Below are positions 35,203 through 45,674 of a DNA stretch of 64,000 bases, in pieces. The DNA comes from Pirellulales bacterium (GTDB lineage: Bacteria; Planctomycetota; Planctomycetia; Pirellulales; S012-138), in the NCBI GenBank assembly GCA_028066245.1, contig JALCBR010000001.1, positions 110,145-174,144 on the forward strand. Reading direction: 5' to 3'. Within the stretch, counting starts at the first letter, position 1. Each line of letters starts with the position of its first letter. The translations under genes were made by a program, and so were the position numbers. The notes below the pieces were generated by a model. It had not been told where the DNA came from, did no database searches, and saw nothing but the letters and a program-made list of their open reading frames with translations.

Positions 35203-35579
35203 ACATTTCCTGCCGAATAAGACGTGAATTACCGTACTTCTGCTACCGTATAGCGTCGGCGTACGAAACCGAGAGACACTGAAAGGTGATGAGACGGAAG
35301 ATCAGAAGAGGCGATCTAGTCGAACTCCACATAGCTACGCGTTTCTACATGCTACGCGGTGGCCAACTCTTGGAATTTCCATCGTATTCTTGTTCAACCT
35401 CCTGACCAAGCAGATTCAAACACGATGGCCGGTTCGCATCCGTTAAAAACGTTACCGTCGCGTTTTCCAGCGGAAACGAACGCGAGTGAATTCCGCACTT
35501 GCATATCGCGGTACTTTGTGCGGCAACCGGGGCCCTCTTGGCACCGCTTCGTCCGTTTCGCAGGTTAGCGAACTAGCGG

Positions 35580-36398
35580 TTACGCTTCACTTGTCGTCGT
35601 TTTGGCCGGTCCTTGTGGAAATGCCAAAATCGTGTGCAATTGGTCGGCCAATTCAGGTGTCGAGGCAGCAATAAACCTCGGTTGATCGAGGTCCAGGTCC
35701 GCTCCCGGCATTGGACGAATGACTCCGCCGGCTTCCTGGACCAGTAGCCATCCGGCGGCAATATCCCATGCATGATTGTTATTGGCCCAATATCCATCAA
35801 ACCGTCCAGCGGCAACGTACGCAAGATTCATGGCGGCGGATCCTGTCCGCCGTAAGGATTGTGCTGCCACGAGGATGTCAACAAAGTTATCGATCTCGAA
35901 CGATTCTCGTGTCACGCCTGCGGCGAAACTGGCCACCACCATCGCTTGGCTGATCTCCGTGATGCCACTGGCGGAGATTGGCTCGCCATTCAGGTGTGCA
36001 CCTTGGCCTTGAGCAGCAGAGTACATCTCCCGCAAGTTGGGATCGTAAATTGCTCCGGCGAGAAGCTTGCCTTCGAATTCCACTGCGACAGAGACGCAAT
36101 ACCCCGGCGCGCCATGTGCGTAGTTGACGGTCCCGTCCAAGGGATCAACAATCCAGCGAAAACGCGAGTCTTCTCCCGAGAGATCAACGCCCTCTTCGCC
36201 CAGGAACCCATGCGTTGGATGTCGGGAGGCAATCAAGTTCTGAGTCGCCTGTTGGGCGGCGAGATCGGCATCGGTCACTAAATCCGCAGGCGCTTTCTCT
36301 CGCACCTGGAACTTGCCTCGCCAGTCCAGCAAGGTTTCTCCTGCCGCCAAAGCGGCTTGCCGTGACGTCTCCAACAGCGTTTCAGTTAATGATTCCAT
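35580..36398 (-). CDS. suhB: inositol monophosphatase family protein (SuhB-like)
   Basis: 'FLGEEG', 'WIVDPLDGTVNYAHG' and 'WDIAAG' are the IMPase signature motifs. Confidence 0.88.
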   Translation of the reverse strand: MESLTETLLETSRQAALAAGETLLDWRGKFQVREKAPADLVTDADLAAQQATQNLIASRHPTHGFLGEEGVDLSGEDSRFRWIVDPLDGTVNYAHGAPGYCVSVAVEFEGKLLAGAIYDPNLREMYSAAQGQGAHLNGEPISASGITEISQAMVVASFAAGVTRESFEIDNFVDILVAAQSLRRTGSAAMNLAYVAAGRFDGYWANNNHAWDIAAGWLLVQEAGGVIRPMPGADLDLDQPRFIAASTPELADQLHTILAFPQGPAKTTTSEA

Positions 36399-36785
36399 TT
36401 CAAGTTTCTACTCTTCTTTGAGTCCGTTTTTCGTGGCCTTCTGATTATCGCACGCGAGCACTGTAGGCCAACCGCTCAGTTGCTGCGGGCTGAGTTGTTT
36501 TTCACGAGGATGGGGCTCGGTTGCCAGACTGGCAAAGCTGGCGAGCGAGGTCACGAACATGGTTGCAACTGATCAGAATTGACGCATATGATTCTTGCGT
36601 GAGAAGTTTGATTTTCGCACTGGTGCGGCTTATCCTCAAATCGCTCGCAGCAACAAAGTTGCCTTCCGGCTAAAGAAGGCGCATCGCGGAAGCGTGCGAC
36701 CGGATGTGAGACACTCCGTTGTGACCTTAGCCATGGATTCTCCTTGTTGTTCTTATCACTCATTTCTCTCTTTCAAGGGTCCACC

Positions 36786-39700
36786 ATGCAAGCCACTATT
36801 CGATGGATCACACTGCTTTCGTTGGTGTTGATTGCGACACCGAGTTTGGCGCAGGATTCCGCCCAAGGGCTTGACGAGGAGTACACAGCGGAGATCCGCA
36901 AGCACACAACCGACGATTACTTTTCCACTCCCTATGTGGATCATTTGCCTGCCTCAGAGACAGTGCCAACTCCATTGGATGTCTTGGGACGCATCACTGG
37001 TGCCCCGGACGAGTTATCGTATTCGCACGAAGTGCACAAGTATATGAGGGCGCTTGCCGACGCAACGCCGCGCGTGGCAGTGTTTGACGGCGGTATCTCC
37101 GAGGAAGGCCGCGAGATGATTTTGGTGGCTGTGGGGAGTGATGAAGCGATCGCCAATTTGCAAAAGTACAAAAAGATCAGCAATCGCCTGGCCGACCCGC
37201 GCAAGATCAGCGATGAAGAAGCAGCCCAACTGATTGAAGAAGCCAAGCCAATCTATTGGTGTACCGGTGCCATGCACGCCACGGAGACAGGCGCTCCGGA
37301 AATGTTGATGGAGTTGGTCTATCGCATCGCGGTGGAAGAGACGGAATTTGTTCAAGCGATTCGCGACAACATGATCGTGCTGGTGACACCAGTGTTGGAT
37401 GTTGACGGCCGCGACAAGCGCGTCGATCTGCTCAAGCTGGAACAGCACGAGTCCAACCCACGGGTGCCCCGATTGCTGTATTGGGGAAAGTACGTTGCCC
37501 ATGATAGCAACCGTGACAACATGGGGCTCTCGTTGCAACTCAGTAAGCACATCGTACAGACGTTCATGGACTACAAGCCGCAAGTGATGCATGACCTGCA
37601 CGAGTCCGCTTCTCACTTTGTACGTCTCAACTGGTACGGGGCCCTACAACGCCTGGGTCGATCCCATCTTGATTGACGAGTGGCATATCCTGGCCTATCA
37701 GGAAGTCAACGGCATGACGCGGTTGGGCGTTCCCGGTGTGTGGACGCACAGTTTCTATGATGGCTGGGCGCCCAATTACGGATTCTTCATGGCGCAATCG
37801 CACAACTCGATTGGCCGTTTTTACGAGACGCAAGGTGCCGGCAGCGCCAACACGCGCCGCATCTCCACCAACCCCCGCCGTGAGTGGTACCGTCCCAATC
37901 CACCACTGGCTTCAACCATGTGGTCCATTCGCAATAACGTAAACATGCAGCAGAGTGGATTGCTGATCGCCATGAATTACATGGCCAATCACAAACAACG
38001 CTTCATGGAGAATTTCTACCTCAAGGGCAAGCGCAGCATCGCCAAGGCTACCAATGAAGGGCCGGCAGCTTACGTCATCCCCAGTGGTCATCGCCGCCAG
38101 GGCCAAGTGGCCGATTTGCTCAACTTGATGAAGTTGCAAGGCGTGGAAATCCACGCCACCACGGAAGTCACGAAAGTTGGCGATGAAGAATTCCCGGCCG
38201 GATCATATGTCCTCCGCATGGACCAGCCTTACTCCCGCTACGCGGACATGATGTTGGATACCGCGTACTTCAACGTGAATGATCCCCGCCCCTACGACGA
38301 TACCGGCTGGACGCTGGGTCCGCTCTTCAACGTGAACGTTGTCCGCGTGGAAGACACGGAGATTCTCGGTGCGCAAATGGAGTTGGTTGAAGGTTCCATC
38401 ACGCCGGATTCAGCGTTCGATTCGAGTAGCGACACGACCGCCTACATTATTGACTACAACGCGGACAATCGCATGGCGACGTTCCGCTTCCAAAACCCGA
38501 AGCTGAAGATCGATGCGGCGGAGGAAGATTTCGCCATCGGAGATCGCGAGTTCCGAGCGGGAAGCTTCATCATCACGGCCGACGCCCAGGAGGTGGATGT
38601 TGCCGAAGTGTTAAGCGCCGCGGCGAAGGAGTACGGGTTCGGTGTTCTTGGAGTCGATGAACTGCCGGATATCCCCACGCATCCGCTGGGGGCGCCTCGC
38701 GTTGCAATTATGCACACCTGGACTTCTACACAGAATGAAGGCTGGGTTCGCATTGCCTTTGACCAAAACAAGATTCCCTACGACTACATCTCCGTCCACG
38801 AGGCCCGCGATGATGACAACTTGCGAGCCAAGTACGATGTGATCGTGATGGGGCCGTCCTCGGCAAATGCGCTCTCCATTGTGGATGGCTTGCCAATGAC
38901 GGGAGAACCGATTGCCTGGAAGGCGTCTTCCATTGCGCCCAACATTGGGCGACAGGATGAAACGGACGACATGCGGGGCGGATTGGGACTGGAAGGCGTC
39001 ATGCATCTGCGTGATTTCGTTCGCGATGGCGGGGTCTTCATCGCCATTCAGAATACGTGCTCTCTGCCTGTTCACTTTGGCTTAGCGTCAGGCGTTTCTA
39101 TTCGCGAGACAGATGATCTGCAAGTCAGCGGCAGCGTGTTGGCGGCCAATCGAGCTGATAAGACCAGCCCCATTGGCTATGGCTTTGACGATACGCTCGG
39201 TGTCTACTTTCGCAGCGGCCCAGTCCTTTCCACTGGAGGCGGGGGCCGAAGATCCCGTGGCGGCGGAACCACAAGTGCTGATGACCGGATTCTCGCCGGC
39301 ACGGCGAGGCCAACCGGACGCGGCGGCATCAACGATAGCGATCGCGCGCAAGGGCGTGCTGTCGATCTTGGTCGTGCCAATCGGGGGGGACGGCAGGAAC
39401 GCAGCCGCGACGGAAATCGACCATCAGGCCGAAGAACAACCGGGCGGCGTACCCGCCAGCCATCGCGCAATTCCGTCCGCACAATCGTCAGTTTCAATTC
39501 CGATCATCGTCAACTGCTGATTAGCGGAATGCTCGTCGGCGGGGATGAACTGGCTGGCATGCCGGCGGTTGTTGATGCGCCCCTGGGCGATGGGCATTTC
39601 GTACTCTTCGCCATCAACCCCATGTGGCGTGCCGAAACTCACGGGACCTATCCCCTGGTGTTCAACGCCATCATGCATCATGACCATCTCCACGCCGGCA

Positions 39701-39792
39701 CCCGCGATTCGGAACCCACTGAACCAGAAACTGAAAATCGCGATGACGAAGAGGAATCGCATGAGGCCGGACATTTCCACGGCGATCATTAA
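36786..39792 (+). pseudogene. M14-family zinc carboxypeptidase-like protein, interrupted by a 1-nt frameshift near 37617-37619
   Basis: Track ORFs 36744..37676 and 37591..39792 overlap in different frames. Frame 1 reads '...VMHDLHESASHFVRLNWYG...*' and the +1 frame reads '...HLYVSTGTGPYNAWVDPILIDEW'. Removing one T from the run cac-ttt-g (37614-37620) joins them as 'HESASH-LYVSTGTGPYNAW'. A signal peptide follows the ATG at 36786. Confidence 0.7.
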
Positions 39793-39843
39793 CGTCTCAT
39801 TTTCAGCATATTGAAGACCAGCCCGTGTTTGCGGGAGGTAGTC

Positions 39844-39888
39844 AAGGGCGGGTGTCGGTGGTTCGGCCCCTGCCCTTTTTGTGTTTTT
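39844..39888 (+). terminator. rho-independent terminator after the M14 gene
   Basis: The stem aagggcggg / cccc(t)gccctt has one bulge and is followed by tttttgtgttttt. It lies about 50 nt after the stop at 39792. Confidence 0.6.
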
Positions 39889-40430
39889 CGCAGCGAGGGC
39901 AATGCTGACAGGCGCTCGCAAAGTGAATGAGGTTTTGGACTTAGCGGGTTCGTTGTCCGCCAGCCTGATTTTTGCCAATCCGGCCGTGAGCTACGCGAAG
40001 TACGTGTGCTGATAGCGAATCCTTTCCGCTGATCGGCAGCGATGCGTTTGGTAACGGAGATGGGGCTTCTCTCGCAGGTCATTTTCCATTCAGATCCACA
40101 TGATGGTTGAGCCAACTCGTATTCTGTGCCGTCGGTACGGCACAATCGTCTCGCGTTGGCAGCAGATCCCACGCATCGTCTGCGGCAGCTTTGAGCCGCA
40201 CTAGCGGGATCTGGGGCAGCAGCAACAGACGCTGACAGTTTACAAAGTGTCTTGCGTAGCGACCGGTTGCGCCGTTTATCCACATCGGCGCGATTTTGCC
40301 GTCAGTTGCATCGCGACCGGCGTTCTGCGGATGAATATGACAAGGACGCTACGTGCTTGTTTCGCGCAGGTACGTTTTTTCCAGACTTCTGGCTGCCACG
40401 GTGTGCAGGGTCCCCCACAAGGAGAACTCC

Positions 40431-42218
40431 ATGTCCGACTTTGAAAACTCCGATCCGAATGTCCCCCCACCAATATCGAGCGCGCCGCCGCGCCGCGGAG
40501 GAGGTGGCGGATTCAACTTAGTTGGTACGGTTCGTGCTGCTCGACGATGGGGATGGGGGGCGTGGGCTGCTGTCGGTGTTATTCTGCTGTCGCTGACCGG
40601 CTGGTTCGTGTACTCGGCATTTCGCATCACGGTCCCGGACAAACACATCGCCGTGCTGATTCGGAAGACCGGGGAAGATCTGCCAAATCATGAAGAGATC
40701 GCACCCTCAGGTGACCATAAAGGGATCCAGATTGAAGTTCTCACTGAAGGCCGCTACTTCTACAACCCGTATTCATGGGATTGGGAAGTCATACCGATGC
40801 AGGAGGTTCCTCCCGGCAAGTTGGCCGTCAAGGTTCGCTTGCACGGAGATGATCTTCCTATTGGACAGTTCATTGCCTGGGAAGAAGGACAGAAGGGGAT
40901 CGTTCCTTCCGTGTTGCGACCGGGACGCTATCCGATCAACCCGTATGTCGAAAAACTGGTCCTGCATGATCCGGTGACCATTCCCGCCGGACATAAGGGT
41001 GTCGTGACGCATCTCTCCGGGGAAATGCCTGAAGTCCCCAACCAGTTGCTGGTCGGCGCGGTCCCCGCGCAGGGTGTGCAACAAGATGGCGCTGTGCAGG
41101 GTGTGCAGCAAGATGGTGCTGCGCAAGGCGCGCAGCAGGATACGAGCGATGGCCACCACGAGTTGAAAGTTTCTGCAAACGATCAACGTGGCGTACACGC
41201 GAAAACGCTCAATCCTGGCACATATTACGCCAATCCATACTTGCTGCGGATCAACACGATCGATTGTCGCTCGCAGCGCTACAACCTGGCAGAGAACAAT
41301 GACATGGGGTTTCCATCCAAAGACGGTTTTTGGGTGAGTCTGCACGGCATCATTGAATTCCGCATTATGCCAGATCGCGCGGCCGAAGTCTTCGTCACGT
41401 ACAACGATGCCGACAATGATGTGCTGGGGCAGGAGCGCCTGGATGAAGAGATCATTCGCAAGATCATCATGCCCAAGGCGCGCAGCGTGTGCCGTTTGCA
41501 AGGTTCGAATTCCACTGGGCGAAATTTCATCGACGGCGAAACGCGCGTTGCTTTCCAAAACGAATTTGAAAAGGACATGCGAGAGGCTTGCGAACCCCTG
41601 GGGATTCAGATCAATCAGGCGTTGATCACCAAGATTGACCCTCCGCAAGCGATTGCCGGCCCAGTGCGAGATCGTGAAATCGCCAAGCAAACACTCAGTC
41701 AGTACACAGAAGAGATCAAGCGGCAAGAAGCCGAAATCACACTGGCCGTGGAACAGGAGAAGGTGAAGCAACGGCAAGAGAAGATCACCGCTGACCAAGG
41801 CGTCGTCAAGATCACCGTTGAAGCCAAACGAAAGCAGGAAGTTGCCATCACCAAGGCCAACGAGAATCTGGCCGTGGCTCAATTCAAACTCGATGCGGCG
41901 CAGGACGAAGCCGCTGCGATTTTGGCCCGAGCCAAGGCGGAAGCTGACGTGATCGTATTTCAGAATGAAGCGGAAGCCGCCGGGTGGCGGAGAGCCGTGG
42001 AAGCGCTGGGAGACGGAGAGTCCTTCGCTCGATATGTGCTGTTCCAAAAGCTGGCGCCAGGCTATCGCAGCATTATGACCAACACGGCGGACTCGCCGCT
42101 GATGGAAGTCTTCCGCACGTTCCTGCCGGAAGACCAGCGCACGGCCTCGCCTGACACAACAGAGTCAACCTCAACGGAAGTCAAAGCACCGGATGAAGAT
42201 GGCGGCCCATTGCCCTAG
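40431..42218 (+). CDS. SPFH/band-7 (flotillin-like) membrane protein, paralogue A
   Basis: ATG at 40431 with an 'aaggag' SD 7 nt upstream. An N-terminal TM 'WAAVGVILLSLTGWFVYSAF' is followed by three 'PG.Y..NP' hairpin units. The SPFH core reads 'GFPSKDGFWVSLHGIIEFRI...' and is followed by a long Glu/Ala/Lys-rich coiled coil. Confidence 0.8.
   Translation: MSDFENSDPNVPPPISSAPPRRGGGGGFNLVGTVRAARRWGWGAWAAVGVILLSLTGWFVYSAFRITVPDKHIAVLIRKTGEDLPNHEEIAPSGDHKGIQIEVLTEGRYFYNPYSWDWEVIPMQEVPPGKLAVKVRLHGDDLPIGQFIAWEEGQKGIVPSVLRPGRYPINPYVEKLVLHDPVTIPAGHKGVVTHLSGEMPEVPNQLLVGAVPAQGVQQDGAVQGVQQDGAAQGAQQDTSDGHHELKVSANDQRGVHAKTLNPGTYYANPYLLRINTIDCRSQRYNLAENNDMGFPSKDGFWVSLHGIIEFRIMPDRAAEVFVTYNDADNDVLGQERLDEEIIRKIIMPKARSVCRLQGSNSTGRNFIDGETRVAFQNEFEKDMREACEPLGIQINQALITKIDPPQAIAGPVRDREIAKQTLSQYTEEIKRQEAEITLAVEQEKVKQRQEKITADQGVVKITVEAKRKQEVAITKANENLAVAQFKLDAAQDEAAAILARAKAEADVIVFQNEAEAAGWRRAVEALGDGESFARYVLFQKLAPGYRSIMTNTADSPLMEVFRTFLPEDQRTASPDTTESTSTEVKAPDEDGGPLP
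41070..41141 (+). repeat. 27-nt in-frame tandem repeat (2.7 copies) inside SPFH paralogue A
   Basis: The copies are cagggtgtgcaacaagatggcgctgtg, cagggtgtgcagcaagatggtgctgcg and the partial caaggcgcgcagcaggat. They encode QGVQQDGAV / QGVQQDGAA / QGAQQD. Confidence 0.85.
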
Positions 42219-42328
42219 TTGTCGTCTGCAAACCTCCAAGGCGGTGAACACGCCGCTGTGTAGTTACAAACGCTGTGTAGTTACAAACTTTGACTTCCAC
42301 GATTCATATCGATGACAAGGAGCACGCA

Positions 42329-43927
42329 ATGGCTCGAATCCTCTCTTCAAGGCGCCTGATCACGGCACTGATTGCCGTGCTCGTGTTGGTGATCCTTCCC
42401 ACCGGGCTGGCGTTTCATTGGCTCGTCAACCGGGTTTATGTCCCGCAAGGGTCCAGTTTGCGATTGAAGTACAAAGGTCCGCTCATCTTTGGCTCTCGCA
42501 AGATGGCCGCCAGCGGACATCTCGCTGAAGACGGCGAGATTGGAATCCTGGGTGAGATGCGCGGCCCTGGTCGGCACTTCTACTGCCCCATCTGGTGGGA
42601 ACGCACGGTTGTCCCGGACGTGGTTATTAAGCCTGGGTATGTCGGCATTGTGACGAGCAAGATGGGAGACGCCTTGCCTGAGGGTGAGTTCCTTGTTGAC
42701 GGCGAGTTGGGCGCCACGGAGCATCGGGGCGTGTTGAGGACCGTGCTGGCACCGGGAACTTACCGCATCAATGACATGGCTTATGACGTTGAGAAAATTG
42801 CCACGCAGCAGATTCAAAGCGGTTCTGATTCGAAACTGGGGGGGTGGGTGGACATCCCCACCGGTTACGTCGGTGTTGTAACGAATCTGACCGAGCGCGC
42901 GGCGGATCGGCAGCGAATTGGTATTCAGAAAAATGTCCTCCCGCCCGGCATTTACGCGATCAACCCTAACGAGAAGCAGATCGATATTGTTGAGATCGGC
43001 TTCCGAGAGAAAACCGTCGCTGTAACCAAGTTGCGTGACGGCAGCGGCGAATTGGTGGTGGACGAAGCCGGCGAACCACAGATCGCAGACTTATCTGAAG
43101 GCATCAGTTTCCCATCAAAGGACGGCTTCCCCATCCATATGGACTTTACCGCGATTTGGGGACTGATGCCGGACCAAGCATCTTCGGCCATCAGCGAGTT
43201 TGGCAACATTGAGGCCGTCGAGAATAAGGTCGTCACGCCGCAGATCGAAAGCATCTGCCGCAATGAAGGCTCGCAATACTCGGCCGTTCAACTGTTGGTC
43301 GGCGAAGACCGAACGAAGTTTCAGGACACAACGAAAGAGAACTTTGAGAAAAAGCTGAATGACAAGAACATCACCCTGTTGTACGGACTGGTGCGGCACA
43401 TTTACATTCCGCGGGAAGTTCGTCAGCCCATTCAATCCGCGTTCATTGCCAATGAACTGACACTCACCCGAGATCAGGAACAACTGACTGCCCAGGAAGA
43501 GGCCAAGCTAAGAGAGACCGAGCGGAAGGTCGACCTGGAATCAGAAAAGATCCGCTCCGACACGGAAAAGCAGGTGGCGGAGATTGCCGCGTTGGGTGAA
43601 AAGACCGTCGGTGAAACCGAAGCCGAAACCACCAAGCTGGTTGCGGCAATCGATCGGCAGGTGGCCGAGTTGGAAGCCCAAGCCACGATCGTGCTCGGCG
43701 AAGCGAGAGCCAATGCCGAGAAGATGAAGCGGGAGGCGCTGTCGCAGAAGTTCCAGCTTGCCGTGGAGGCGTTCGGCAGCCCTGCCGCTTACAACAACTG
43801 GATCTTCGCCACCGGTCTGCCGGATGACGTGGACCTCAAGCTGCTCTACGCCGGCGAAGGAACCCTTTGGACGGACATGAAGGATCTCGGCCTCAGAGCG
43901 ACAGTCCCGGTCAACCGTGGTAAATGA
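42329..43927 (+). CDS. SPFH/band-7 (flotillin-like) membrane protein, paralogue B
   Basis: ATG at 42329 with an 'aaggag' SD. The architecture matches paralogue A: a TM 'LITALIAVLVLVILPTGLAF', three 'PG.Y/H...' units, the core 'SFPSKDGFPIHMDFTAIWGL' and a coiled coil 'EQLTAQEEAKLRETERKVDLESEKIRSDTEKQVAEIAALGEK...'. Confidence 0.8.
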   Translation: MARILSSRRLITALIAVLVLVILPTGLAFHWLVNRVYVPQGSSLRLKYKGPLIFGSRKMAASGHLAEDGEIGILGEMRGPGRHFYCPIWWERTVVPDVVIKPGYVGIVTSKMGDALPEGEFLVDGELGATEHRGVLRTVLAPGTYRINDMAYDVEKIATQQIQSGSDSKLGGWVDIPTGYVGVVTNLTERAADRQRIGIQKNVLPPGIYAINPNEKQIDIVEIGFREKTVAVTKLRDGSGELVVDEAGEPQIADLSEGISFPSKDGFPIHMDFTAIWGLMPDQASSAISEFGNIEAVENKVVTPQIESICRNEGSQYSAVQLLVGEDRTKFQDTTKENFEKKLNDKNITLLYGLVRHIYIPREVRQPIQSAFIANELTLTRDQEQLTAQEEAKLRETERKVDLESEKIRSDTEKQVAEIAALGEKTVGETEAETTKLVAAIDRQVAELEAQATIVLGEARANAEKMKREALSQKFQLAVEAFGSPAAYNNWIFATGLPDDVDLKLLYAGEGTLWTDMKDLGLRATVPVNRGK

Positions 43928-43966
43928 TGGCCGGGGCAACGCCGCCTTATCTCGGACATCAACAAA

Positions 43967-44000
43967 GAACACGGGCCGACATGCGTGTTGGCCCGTGTTC
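43967..44000. terminator. bidirectional hairpin terminator between convergent genes
   Basis: The 11-bp arms gaacacgggcc and ggcccgtgttc are flanked by T/A-rich tails on both strands. The hairpin sits between the stops at 43927 (+) and 44067 (-). Confidence 0.6.
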
Positions 44001-44066
44001 GTACGTTTGTGGGAACGTCGCTGCAGATGATTCCGTGCGCGCGGAACAGTAATCGGGTAGGGTGTT

Positions 44067-45545
44067 CTAGAACAGTCGCACGCAGACCAACTCTTCTTCC
44101 GTTCGTAAATACATCCGGCCGTTGGCGAATGTGGGACCGGTGTAGCACGGCCCTTTCAAATACCCTTCAATCACGGAAGTGAGTACAGGCTTTTCCGGCA
44201 GCTTGTCAAACCGCAACAAAACTCCGTCTTCGTTGAGCACGATCAATTCACCATTGATGAACAGGCCTGAACCCCGCGCGTAACCGGTGGCCAGCTTCCA
44301 GTGAGTCTTGCCGCTGGCCAGGTCCGTGGTCATGAGGGTGCCTTTTAAGCGAGACGGATAGCCAATCACCACGCCATCCAGTTTGAATAGGTTGGTGTAT
44401 TGCGCATCCAGTCCGCGATGCTTTCGCCACAACACGGTTGGTTCGAGGTCGGTCACTGCCACAGTCGGTTGACAAGGCCCAGAGGAAGTCGATTGAGAGG
44501 AAGCAGATTGTTCGTGTGCTGGGTCGAGCAGCTCCAAGCCCGGCACGGTCACTGCCATTGATCCTACTCCGTAGCCGGACACAAAGATCATTTCATCCGA
44601 AACGACTGGTGACGTGGCATTTGTAGTGTCTGGGTTCTTGGAATGAAACTCCTCGCGGAAAAGCACGTTGCCGTCTTTTGCACCCAGCACGACTAAGGCA
44701 TCTCGCGTGAGCACAACAGCCGCCAACGCTCCGTCAATTTTCGCGGCGACCGGCGTGGCGTAGCTCGCGCCGTCAGTCGTGGCTTGCCACAGCGTTTCCC
44801 CGTTGGATTGATCGAAAGCCACAATCCCTGCCTTTGATTCTTGTCCGCCGACATTGATGACTAGCGTGTTTCCCAGCGGCAAAGGGCTGGGACAAAACCC
44901 GTAGAATTCCTGCCGGCCGTAATTCGTGTCGACCAGTGAAAATTCGGCCTTGAGGTCGCGGCTCCAGACAGGCTCACCCTCGGCCAAGTTCAGGCAATGC
45001 AGTTTGGCTTCCGCGCCAATCGCAAACAAACGATCCCCAACAATCGCCGGCGTGCTATAGGGTCCGTCGCTATAACGGACGGGCGACTTATATGCCGTTG
45101 CGTACGCGAACTCCCAAAGCCGCTCGCCGGATTGTGCATCCAGGCACTCGATGCGCTCTTCATTTCCCTGCCGATGAAACGCGATCAGCTTGCCGTCTTG
45201 GATGACGGGAGCGGAATAACCTTGCCCGATCGGCTTGCGCCATAAGATGGGCGGCCCGGCAGCCGGCCAAGCGGCCAACTCTGCCGGGTAATTGATGATG
45301 CTGGTCCCGTCCGGCCCAAACAGCCAGGGCCAGTCAAAAGGCGGCAACGTCGCTGTCGCCACATAAGCAATCTCGCTGGCGTCAGGAGCCGGCGTGGCAT
45401 CGACCGCGATCCGCTCCTCCGGTTCAAGCGCGTTATCAGAATGTTCTTCTTCAGGCTGTCGTCCTGACAGCAGTACATAGCCGGTCACGCATCCCAGCGC
45501 CATCGCAGGCGTGCCGATCAGGAGAAGATTCCGACGAGAGAACAT
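44067..45545 (-). CDS. PQQ-like beta-propeller repeat protein (BamB-like fold)
   Basis: Repeated 'D..tGe.lW...' blades are present: 'LDAQSGERLWEF', 'LNLAEGEPVWSR', 'FDQSNGETLWQA' and 'TDLASGKTHWKL'. An N-terminal signal/TM segment is also present. Confidence 0.8.
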   Translation of the reverse strand: MFSRRNLLLIGTPAMALGCVTGYVLLSGRQPEEEHSDNALEPEERIAVDATPAPDASEIAYVATATLPPFDWPWLFGPDGTSIINYPAELAAWPAAGPPILWRKPIGQGYSAPVIQDGKLIAFHRQGNEERIECLDAQSGERLWEFAYATAYKSPVRYSDGPYSTPAIVGDRLFAIGAEAKLHCLNLAEGEPVWSRDLKAEFSLVDTNYGRQEFYGFCPSPLPLGNTLVINVGGQESKAGIVAFDQSNGETLWQATTDGASYATPVAAKIDGALAAVVLTRDALVVLGAKDGNVLFREEFHSKNPDTTNATSPVVSDEMIFVSGYGVGSMAVTVPGLELLDPAHEQSASSQSTSSGPCQPTVAVTDLEPTVLWRKHRGLDAQYTNLFKLDGVVIGYPSRLKGTLMTTDLASGKTHWKLATGYARGSGLFINGELIVLNEDGVLLRFDKLPEKPVLTSVIEGYLKGPCYTGPTFANGRMYLRTEEELVCVRLF

Positions 45546-45674
45546 GGACGTCCCTGGACTTCTGCAAAGACGGGAAGGTGAAGAATCTTCAGGATGCGAC
45601 GCCTGCTGTCGCCTGGCAAGACGCTAATCTCTGCGATTGAGTGAAGATTGTGCGTAGTTCAGTAGGGGCTGACG

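Noticed and set aside
39220-39480. Arg/Gly-rich low-complexity stretch in the M14 protein ('GGGGRRSRGGG...GRRTTGRRTRQPSR'), which raised the possibility of a second frameshift because alternate-frame ORF 39113..39520 exists.
   Set aside because: The main frame returns to clearly conserved sequence ('LLISGMLVGGDELAGMPAVVDAPLGDGHFVLFAINPMWRAETHGTYPLVFNAIM') without changing frame. The alternate frame has no better features, and RG-rich linkers occur in this protein family as I recall.
39940-39975. tRNA-like T-arm (gcggg-ttcgttg-tccgc) followed by a possible acceptor strand and a T-run.
   Set aside because: No complementary 5' acceptor strand, D-arm or anticodon arm lies at tRNA spacing. The available upstream length is too short for a tRNA.
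39789-40283. 164-aa minus-strand ORF in the gap between the M14 gene and SPFH-A.
   Set aside because: It has an Arg/Cys/Ser-rich composition, no SD and no motif, and it overlaps the M14 terminator. It is treated as non-coding; the gap itself is reported as a finding.
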